NCBI GenBank assembly: GCA_963711565.1
Contig: CAVQEQ010000003.1
Coordinates: forward strand, 736,001 to 800,000
DNA: 64,000 nucleotides
Source of the DNA: an uncultured delta proteobacterium
GTDB taxonomy: Bacteria; Desulfobacterota; Binatia; Binatales; Binataceae
Reading direction: 5' to 3'
This document shows positions 18,666 through 25,648 of the stretch, in pieces. A program made the translations under genes and the position numbers. Numbering within the stretch: position 1 is the first letter of the stretch; each line of letters opens with the position of its first letter. The notes under the pieces are model-generated. The model did not search any database and was not told the origin of the DNA. It saw only the letters and a program-made list of their open reading frames with translations.

Positions 18666-19249
18666 TTTCCGCTCCCTGTCGATGCCGGCAGTCCTGCCGC
18701 CGACCATGCTTCCCACCCGCCGGTGAAGACGCTGACATTGCTGAAGCCGAGACTCAGCAACGCGTTTGCGACGAGGCGGCTGTCATGACACTCGCCACCG
18801 GAGCAGTACACGATAACCCGCTTGTCGGTGGCAGCTTGCAACACGCCGGAGAGACTCCGATAGTCGTGCGCGAAGTCATCTCGCGCGAGATTCAACGCTC
18901 CCGGCACGTGCCCCTGCTCGAAGAAAACCGACGGCCGCGCATCAAGGATGAGAGCGCTCTTGTTGTCAACGGCTGAACGGAATTCATCGAGTCCGATCGT
19001 TGCGGCGGGCGCGATCTTGAACGGCGGCGCCGCGACCAGGGTCGTCAGCTCGGCATCGAACCTTTGCTCCGGCGTCTGAAAGACCATCGGAAGTGGCGCC
19101 GGGTAATAGCGGTTCATCGCGAGTCCAGCGGCAAGGGACGCTGCTGCGAGTACTGCAACAACGCCGAGATCGCGAACAAGCTGCGAGCCGAGGCTCCTCG
19201 CTCGACGCGCCGGATCGTGGGTGGTTATCGACGAGACTGCTGAAGTCAT
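18662..19249 (-). CDS. Membrane-anchored rhodanese-like protein
   Basis: LDARP..F..GHVPGALN, active-site loop VYCSGGECHDS and FTGGWEAW, preceded by an N-terminal TM helix. Start uncertain (19249-19300). Confidence 0.88.
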   Translation of the reverse strand: MTSAVSSITTHDPARRARSLGSQLVRDLGVVAVLAAASLAAGLAMNRYYPAPLPMVFQTPEQRFDAELTTLVAAPPFKIAPAATIGLDEFRSAVDNKSALILDARPSVFFEQGHVPGALNLARDDFAHDYRSLSGVLQAATDKRVIVYCSGGECHDSRLVANALLSLGFSNVSVFTGGWEAWSAAGLPASTGSGK

Positions 19250-19259
19250 ATCTGTGTGA

Positions 19260-19862
19260 TCAGCTGGCCGGACGGCTGCCGGCTGACGCATCTCCATCAA
19301 GGACTCGTTGCAAATGACTGGCAGGAGATTCGTGCCCGGCGTGGCCGTCGTGGCCGGTACTCAGGGCGCAGGCCGGCGCGGCGCTGGTATGTGGCGGCTT
19401 GAAGTCCGACGGGACCAAACGCTCGCGCGCCGCCCATCGGTCGAAATTGCCGGGATTGCTCGCCAGCACGCGAAATCGCATGCAGACGGTGTCACAGCCA
19501 CAGCCGGAATCGCAATTTCCGTAGAGCTCACCCGGTGACTTGAGGATCAGATCGAGCGGGCGCGTCTTGCCGGGCAGGATGCTTACCGCATCCTTCATCC
19601 CGAGAATCCAGAAGCTGTGGATCACATCGGCGGAAGCAAGCTCGAGCCGGACGTTCGTGTCGCTGGGCAGGTACAAAACATTGCTGGTCTTGATGCCGAG
19701 AGTCGGGTAGTCGAATTCCCACCACCACTGATGCGCGACCGCTTTGACCGTCAGTTCAGGCCGGGTCGCGCCACCGCCGACGGCTCGCGCGAGAAAGAGC
19801 GCTGCTGCACAGACGCACGCCAGACCGACCATCGCTCCGACCAATGTTCGTGACGACTTCAA
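19260..19862 (-). CDS. Stand-alone CoxII-like cupredoxin with a non-canonical CuA loop
   Basis: AHQWWWEFDY, LYLP, LASADVIHSFWI, PG and YGNCDSGCGCDTVCM, with one N-terminal hydrophobic segment. Start is TTG 19862 (overlaps the sco stop) or ATG 19832. Confidence 0.8.
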   Translation of the reverse strand: MKSSRTLVGAMVGLACVCAAALFLARAVGGGATRPELTVKAVAHQWWWEFDYPTLGIKTSNVLYLPSDTNVRLELASADVIHSFWILGMKDAVSILPGKTRPLDLILKSPGELYGNCDSGCGCDTVCMRFRVLASNPGNFDRWAARERLVPSDFKPPHTSAAPACALSTGHDGHAGHESPASHLQRVLDGDASAGSRPAS

Positions 19863-20557
19863 GCATGAGCCTCGTGAAGGGTCGCCGCGATGATCGCGCC
19901 GTTGCCGGCCGCCACCGGCTCGTTCGCCACGGCTCGCTCCACGTCGCTCGCAACGCGATCCGGCTCGGCCTTTTCTCCCATGTACTGCAGCAATGCCTTG
20001 CCATTCGCGTCGACCAGGAAGAACTCGAGAACGTGATCGACCGTACCGTCGGCTTCGTGCTGCCGAATCAAGTCGAATCGCGCCAGCACATCGTCGATCT
20101 GCTTTGGCGTGCCGGTAAGGAACAGCCATCCGTTAACGTCAGCGCCCTGAGCCTTCGCGTAGGCGTTTAGCTGCGCGGGGTGATCGTGTTCGGGATCGAC
20201 CGTTATCGACACGATGCGCGCTTCCGTTCCAAGCTTGGGCCCGAGTCGATCGGCGATCTGTTTCATCCGGCTCGTCAGGACAAGACACGGTCCGGGACAG
20301 CTGGTGTAAATGAAATCGAACAGCACCGGTTTGCCTTTCAGCGACGCCAGCGAGACCTTCTTGCCGTTCTGATCGAGCAACGTGATGTCGGGCAGGCAGT
20401 CGGAGGTATTGCGCACCTCGAACCCTCCGCGCTCGCCGATATTTTCCTCCGGCTGGCGGCAACCAGTTAGAACCTTCGCGCCCGCGAAAACAACCAGCAT
20501 CGTCAGAAATAAGCTCTTCCCGATCGACAAAACGGTTCTCGTGGATTGCATCACCAT
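19859..20557 (-). CDS. SCO1/SenC family copper chaperone (copy 2)
   Basis: DQNG, FIYTSCPGPC (CxxxC), ITVDPEHD, WLFLTG and the conserved His in VDHV. Confidence 0.92.
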   Translation of the reverse strand: MVMQSTRTVLSIGKSLFLTMLVVFAGAKVLTGCRQPEENIGERGGFEVRNTSDCLPDITLLDQNGKKVSLASLKGKPVLFDFIYTSCPGPCLVLTSRMKQIADRLGPKLGTEARIVSITVDPEHDHPAQLNAYAKAQGADVNGWLFLTGTPKQIDDVLARFDLIRQHEADGTVDHVLEFFLVDANGKALLQYMGEKAEPDRVASDVERAVANEPVAAGNGAIIAATLHEAHA

Positions 20558-20560
20558 TTT

Positions 20561-21016
20561 TCAATTGTCCCCGGCGTATTGTCTGCGGAGCGCATCGCGT
20601 ATCTGCTCGACCGGCGAGCCCTGCTCCGACAGTTGCTCCGCCGTCAGCGCCTCGCCGAGGCAGATTGCGCACACCGAGGCGTGGGTGCCTCGGTAACAAT
20701 CGAGCAGATTCCTATGGCCGTACGTCTTGTCGCATCCGCAGTAGCAATGCAGTTGAGCCAGCAGCGCGGGGTTCTTCTTCGCAACCTCGTACGCCTGCTT
20801 TACCGGCCCGACGAACTGGTTGGGATCGAGTGTCACGCGCTCGGGCGCCGCGTTGGCCGCGAGAGTCTCGGCCTCCGCCCGTGCGGTGCAGCAGCAATGA
20901 CCCAGGATGCACATCGCGCCACGCTCAGTTGACGAAGCGCCGAAAGTCGGCAGCCACAGGTATGCCAGCGTCAGGATCGCCGCAATCGAGGAGCCCAAAA
21001 TGATTGCTCGTCGCAT
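20561..21016 (-). CDS. PCYCGC-motif family exported protein (copy B, with a Cys/His-rich insert)
   Basis: LHCYCGC, GHRNLLDCY and HASVCAIC; paralog of 15475..15906. Alternative start 21034. Confidence 0.82.
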   Translation of the reverse strand: MRRAIILGSSIAAILTLAYLWLPTFGASSTERGAMCILGHCCCTARAEAETLAANAAPERVTLDPNQFVGPVKQAYEVAKKNPALLAQLHCYCGCDKTYGHRNLLDCYRGTHASVCAICLGEALTAEQLSEQGSPVEQIRDALRRQYAGDN

Positions 21017-21026
21017 GCTGTGTCTC

Positions 21027-21620
21027 TCAACCATTGTTCAGAGTTTTCTTAACGTCATCGACGATGTCCTGGGCCTTGACGATCTCGCCGTTGTACTCGC
21101 GCACCAGCCGCCCGTCGGGCCCGACCAGCATCATGTTGACTAGGTGACCAACCGATCCGTCCGGCTCGACTTCACGGCTGAGCTTGAACCCCGCCAGCGC
21201 CTGATCGATATCCGCCGGGCCGCCCGTCAGGAAATACCAGCCTTTCTCGTCCGCCCCTTGCTGGCGCGAGTAATTGAGTAACTGCTTGGGGCCGTCATGC
21301 TCGGGATCGACGCTGATCGAAACGAGCGTCACCTTGGAGCCGAGATCGCTGCCCAGCCGCAGCGCGACGTTCGCAAACTTCGCCGTCTCCATCAGGCACG
21401 GTCCGGGGCATGACGTGTAGATGAAATCCACTACCAGCGGCTTGCCCTTGAGCGACGAGAGCTCGACCGTGTTGCCGTTCTGATCGACGAGCTTGGTGTC
21501 GGTTAGAACACTGGCGGTGCTGTTCGCGGTTGAGCCGCCATGACATCCCGCAACCGAACACAAGCTCAACGTCGCGACCAGCGCGATTGCGAGAGATCTG
21601 AGATTAGAACGAATACGCAT
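21027..21620 (-). CDS. SCO1/SenC family lipoprotein (copy 1)
   Basis: Lipobox VAGC, FIYTSCPGPC, SVDPEHD, WYFLTG and VGH. Start ATG 21620. Confidence 0.92.
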   Translation of the reverse strand: MRIRSNLRSLAIALVATLSLCSVAGCHGGSTANSTASVLTDTKLVDQNGNTVELSSLKGKPLVVDFIYTSCPGPCLMETAKFANVALRLGSDLGSKVTLVSISVDPEHDGPKQLLNYSRQQGADEKGWYFLTGGPADIDQALAGFKLSREVEPDGSVGHLVNMMLVGPDGRLVREYNGEIVKAQDIVDDVKKTLNNG

Positions 21621-21698
21621 ATCTGTATCCCTCTGGTAAGTGCGATTCTCTAGTTGCCGATTAGGCACTGATACCTATCTCTTTTACTCTTCCCCGCC

Positions 21699-21780
21699 TC
21701 AGAAACCGTAACTCAGAATCAGCTTGCCCGCGAAGCCGCGTCCTGCACTCGCGAGCCATCAGGCTCTCGCGAGCAATCAT
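21699..21780 (-). pseudogene. Remnant of an outer-membrane (TonB-dependent-like) receptor: start codon fused out of frame to the C-terminal beta-signal
   Basis: Minus strand 21746..21699 reads AGRGFAGKLILSYGF-stop, a terminal amphipathic strand ending YxF. An out-of-frame ATG lies at 21780. Confidence 0.45.
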
Positions 21781-21808
21781 TCTTGCGCGAAAATTTGAAA
21801 CTAATGCG

Positions 21809-22129
21809 CTAGCTGAACAGCTTGGGCGGAGGCGGATCGGGAGCTTCGGCGAGTTTACTCTTCAGGATAGGTTCGAATTGAGCGAGGCTCTCGTGCGAAA
21901 GAACTCTCGCGTCGATGCCGGGCTGCGCGGGGCGCGCGATCTGCACGATGCCCGGCGCGCTGTCGAGCGCTTGCAGGGGATGACAGATGTCCATCGAGAT
22001 AGTCGGCCCCGAGCGATCGGCAATGATAATCACGCCGAGCGACGGCAGAGTCGCCATCATCATGATGAACGCCATCGCAGCGGCCAGTTGCCGCATAAAA
22101 GCGCGATCGATTGTCATCGCGGTTGCCAT
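21809..22129 (-). CDS. Small leader-like protein with signal/TM segment, CH motif and C-terminal PDPPPP (DUF2946/CruR-like architecture)
   Basis: Met-rich hydrophobic N-terminus, ICHP and the tail LAEAPDPPPPKLFS. Confidence 0.6.
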   Translation of the reverse strand: MATAMTIDRAFMRQLAAAMAFIMMMATLPSLGVIIIADRSGPTISMDICHPLQALDSAPGIVQIARPAQPGIDARVLSHESLAQFEPILKSKLAEAPDPPPPKLFS

Positions 22130-22131
22130 GG

Positions 22132-22578
22132 TCAGAAGAGCGCGCGTCCACCTTTCAAATCCGCAGTTTTGATCCGCACGACTCCCGCATCTTCCTCATG
22201 CTGCAGGCTGACGGGCACACACGACGCCTTGCCCTCAGTCATCTGATCAACCGGATAGTGATTGCCGCAGACCCGGCAAATCAATTCGCCGTCAACCACG
22301 CGGTAGCCGCTGTGGTACGCCGAACACTGGCGGCATGCGTCGAACACCGAGCGCACTTTGCCGTCGTTGCCGCGCGCGAGCACGAAGCGCAGCCGCTTGC
22401 CGGCGTCGTCGGTGTAGCAGAAAACCCGCGCAATCCCGGGACGCAGCGCGGACACGTTGACGGCCACGTCGTCGATGCCGCTCACGGTTGTGCAGTTTGA
22501 GGTCGCGGTGAAGATGAGAAACGCGGCACCCGCCGCGAGCACCAGCCCGCCGAGAATCCTGAACTTGCCCGCACCCAT
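22132..22578 (-). CDS. DUF2318 / FtrD-like membrane-anchored Fe-S (Rieske-like) protein
   Basis: FDACRQC, GY, ICRVCG and CVPV motifs, with an N-terminal TM helix. Confidence 0.85.
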   Translation of the reverse strand: MGAGKFRILGGLVLAAGAAFLIFTATSNCTTVSGIDDVAVNVSALRPGIARVFCYTDDAGKRLRFVLARGNDGKVRSVFDACRQCSAYHSGYRVVDGELICRVCGNHYPVDQMTEGKASCVPVSLQHEEDAGVVRIKTADLKGGRALF

Positions 22579-22587
22579 GACGGCTCA

Positions 22588-22616
22588 ATGCTGTCGCAGC
22601 GGAGCGCGAGCGTCAA
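22588..22616 (-). promoter_or_regulatory. Possible sigma70 promoter for the copper operon
   Basis: Minus strand TTGACG-N17-CAGCAT ends 9 nt before ATG 22578. The -10 element is weak. Confidence 0.35.
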
Positions 22617-23561
22617 GGTGCGACCGAGTCCGTCAGCATCACTTGTTTGATCCTCTCGGTCAGATCCATCACGCGAAGTCCGTCGTCGGCGCTGACCGCC
22701 GGCGTCGATCTGCCGCGAACCGCCGCCACGAAAGACTTGACCTCGTCGGCCAGCGGGTCGCCTTCGCCGAACTCGATCTGTTCCGCCAAAATCGTCGGGA
22801 ACTGCGCGCCACGCGCCGGCGGAGTTTTGCGATACATCTGGATGCTGCGCGCCTCGTAGTCGACCGAGATGTACGCGTCGGGCTGAAAGAAGCGAATCTT
22901 GCGCTCGCGGCGAGCCGACACGCGACTAGTCACCAGATTCGCGATTAGACCGCTCTGGAAGCGGATGCGCGCGTTGGCGAGGTCGATTCGATCGGTAAGG
23001 ATCGCGACGCCGACCGCCTCCAGCGACGCGACTTCCGACGGCGCCAGCGACAGGATCACGTCGAGATCGTGCACCATCAGATCGAGCACCACGTCCACGT
23101 CGGTGCCGCGCTCGGTGAACGGCGCGAGCCGATGGCATTCGACGAAGCGCGGATTTTTCACGATCGAATGCAGATGCACGACCGCCGGATTGAACCGCTC
23201 GAGATGGCCGATCTGAAGAATGCGCGCGCTCGACGACGCCAGCCCGGCCAGGTCGCGCGCCTGCGCCAGCGTTTCCGCCATCGGTTTTTCCAGCAGCACG
23301 TCGATGCTCGCTGTCAGCATCGCGGACGCGATCTCATGATGGGTCACGCCGGGCGACGCAATCGTCACCAAGTCGATCTTACCCGCCAGCGCGCGGTAGT
23401 CGGTTAGCGCCGTCGCGCCAACTTCGGTCGCCAGCGCGCGCGCCCGCTCAACGTCGAGATCGACGATGTGCGCGAGCTTGATGCCCGCGATTGCGGCGTA
23501 CTTGCGCGCGTGCAGAGTGCCGCAGGCCCGCGCCAATGACCGCGGCACGCAGCTCAGCCAT
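22613..23561 (-). pseudogene. Gfo/Idh/MocA oxidoreductase (GnnA-like), frameshifted in the Rossmann GxGxxG near 23522 (possibly a sequencing error)
   Basis: MAELRAAVIGAG, then a frame change to GTLHARKY...EKPM...GHLERFNP...DVVLDLMVHDLD. Length 949 nt is not a multiple of 3. Confidence 0.82.
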
Positions 23562-24369
23562 TGGCTTCCGCATAGCCGTAAATCGTCACGTCTTTCGCGC
23601 GTGCGAGTTCGAGTGTGCGATCGCGTTCGAGAATCAGCGCGACTCCGGCTTCGACGCCGATCATCGCGGCGCCGATTTCGGCCAGCAGATCCACCGTGGC
23701 CGGACCAATCGCCGGCCGATCGAAGCGCAGGTCCTGTCCGGGCTTCGCCGCCTTGGCGATCACCAACCCCGCGCCGACCAGCGCGGCCGCGCGGCGCAGA
23801 GCGGCATCCGTTCCTTCCAGTGCTTCCACGGCGGCGACCATTCCGTCGCGGACCGCGACCGTCTGGCCGATATCGTAGGCGCCGAGTCGGCGCGCAACCG
23901 CGAATGCGAGATCGAGATCGCGCATTCGAGCGGGAGTCGGATCGGGACCGGCGCCGACGCCGGCGCGCGCGATCCAATGCTCGATCATCGGCACCGGATC
24001 GATCATCTTGATGCCTTCGCTTTCGACTTCGCGCGCGACGCCGCGCAGCACGGCGTCGTCGCTGAAGCGCCCGATGTTCGCGAGCATCTTGAGCGCGCGT
24101 GCGTCCGGTGCGAACGAGTCTTTCAGCCGCGCGCGTGAGATGCCGCCCGCCATCGCAGCTTCCGACACGCCGGCGTTTTTGAACACGTCGATTATCTTCT
24201 GCAGCTCGCCGACTTTGATCCATGTGACTTCGCCGGCGATTGAGTCGAGCGCCCGATCGCTTTCATTGAGGTGTGCGACGGCGATGATTTTTATTCCGCG
24301 CGTGCGTGCGGCGCGCGCTACTTCGAGCGGGAAGACGCCGTTGCCCGCGATTAGCCCGAGCTTATTCAC
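23554..24369 (-). CDS. lpxI: UDP-2,3-diacylglucosamine diphosphatase LpxI
   Basis: LGLIAGNG.FP, DIGQTV, AVEALEGTD and KPGQDLRFDRPAIG; directly after lpxA. Confidence 0.93.
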   Translation of the reverse strand: MNKLGLIAGNGVFPLEVARAARTRGIKIIAVAHLNESDRALDSIAGEVTWIKVGELQKIIDVFKNAGVSEAAMAGGISRARLKDSFAPDARALKMLANIGRFSDDAVLRGVAREVESEGIKMIDPVPMIEHWIARAGVGAGPDPTPARMRDLDLAFAVARRLGAYDIGQTVAVRDGMVAAVEALEGTDAALRRAAALVGAGLVIAKAAKPGQDLRFDRPAIGPATVDLLAEIGAAMIGVEAGVALILERDRTLELARAKDVTIYGYAEANG

Positions 24370-25156
24370 GCTCGCGGCCAACGACTCCGCGCTTAGAGTT
24401 GTTGATGAAATCGACCAGGCGCCGCACCTCGGCGAGGTCGCCGTATTCCTCGAGCGTCTTCGCGATCGCGTCCTCGCGCAGCAGCTTGGAGAAGAACAAC
24501 GTACGAATCGCCGACTTCAGCGCCGCGATCGTCTCGGGCTTGAAGCCGCGCCGCTGCAGGCCGACCTCGTTGACGCCCGCCAGCCGTGCGCGCTCGCTGC
24601 CCGCTACCATCGAGTAGGGCGGCACGTCCTGCGCGACCTTGGCGCCGGCGGCGACGATCGCGTGAGTGCCGATGCGCGTGAACTGATGCACGCCGACCTG
24701 GCCCTCGCAAATCGCGTAATCTTCGATCAGGCAGTGGCCAGCCAGCCCGGTGGACGCCGCCAGGATCACGTGGTCGCCGATGATGCAGTCGTGCGCGACG
24801 TGCGCGTAAGTCATTATCAGCGTGTGACTGCCGAGTTTTGTCAGCATTCCGCCGCCTTCGGTGCCGCGGTGGATCGTTGCGAACTCGCGAATCATGTTGT
24901 CGTCGCCGATTTCGACGACCGATGGTTCGCCCTTGAATTTCAGATCCTGGGGTTCCGCGCCGATCGCCGCGAACTGCCAGATGCGATTGCGCTGGCCGAT
25001 GGTGGTGTTGCGCTCGATCACCGCGCTCGCGCCGATCGCCGTGCCCGCGCCAATCTTAACGCCCGGTCCGATGACCGCGCCCGGACCGACTTCGACGCTC
25101 GTGTCGAGCTCGGCGCGTTTGTCGATGACCGCGGAGGAATGGATTTTTCCCGCTAT
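24362..25156 (-). CDS. lpxA: UDP-GlcNAc O-acyltransferase
   Basis: Hexapeptide repeats, PQDLKF, IREFATIHRGT, HVAHDC, VHQF and QDVPPY. The apparent start is ATA 25156. Confidence 0.95.
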   Translation of the reverse strand: MAGKIHSSAVIDKRAELDTSVEVGPGAVIGPGVKIGAGTAIGASAVIERNTTIGQRNRIWQFAAIGAEPQDLKFKGEPSVVEIGDDNMIREFATIHRGTEGGGMLTKLGSHTLIMTYAHVAHDCIIGDHVILAASTGLAGHCLIEDYAICEGQVGVHQFTRIGTHAIVAAGAKVAQDVPPYSMVAGSERARLAGVNEVGLQRRGFKPETIAALKSAIRTLFFSKLLREDAIAKTLEEYGDLAEVRRLVDFINNSKRGVVGRERE

Positions 25157-25614
25157 CGAACTTGCTCCTCGACTTCCATCGCGGACAATTCCGCCTCGGC
25201 CGCCAGCTCGTCGCCGACGTGCGCCTCCGCATGCATTCGCCACAGCGGACGATGAAACTTCGATATTTTTACTTCCATCCGCAGCTGATCGCCCGGGATA
25301 ACGCGGCGCCGAAAGCGCACTTTGTCCAATCCCGTCAGCATGAACAGCCGCGTCGGGTCACCGCCCACTTCGTTGAGTGCCAGGATTGCCGCCGACTGCG
25401 CGAGCGCTTCGACGATTAACACCCCCGGCATCACCGGGTGCCCGGGGAAGTGCCCGGCGAAGTACGGCTCGTTGAAGGTGACGTTTTTGATCGTTACGAC
25501 GCGGCCCTTGGTCAGTTCGATGATGCGATCGACCAGCAGAAATGGATAGCGATGGGGCAGCAGCCCCAGCACGCGCTCGAGCTCCGAGACTTTCGTTTCG
25601 TGGTCGTCAGGCAC
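25153..25614 (-). CDS. fabZ: 3-hydroxyacyl-ACP dehydratase
   Basis: LPHRYPFLLVD, NEPYFAGHFP and PVMPGVLIVEALAQ motifs. Confidence 0.96.
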   Translation of the reverse strand: MPDDHETKVSELERVLGLLPHRYPFLLVDRIIELTKGRVVTIKNVTFNEPYFAGHFPGHPVMPGVLIVEALAQSAAILALNEVGGDPTRLFMLTGLDKVRFRRRVIPGDQLRMEVKISKFHRPLWRMHAEAHVGDELAAEAELSAMEVEEQVR

Positions 25615-25648
25615 CGGGAGTTACTTCGCGCACGTTGTCTCGGGCGGC

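Noticed and set aside
19260-19862. Ordinary cytochrome c oxidase subunit II (coxB)
   Set aside because: No subunit I or III nearby, no two-TM N-terminal domain, and the CuA His and Glu are replaced.
12484-22612. Integrative element, prophage or transposon
   Set aside because: No integrase, transposase, tRNA target or terminal repeats were found by eye.
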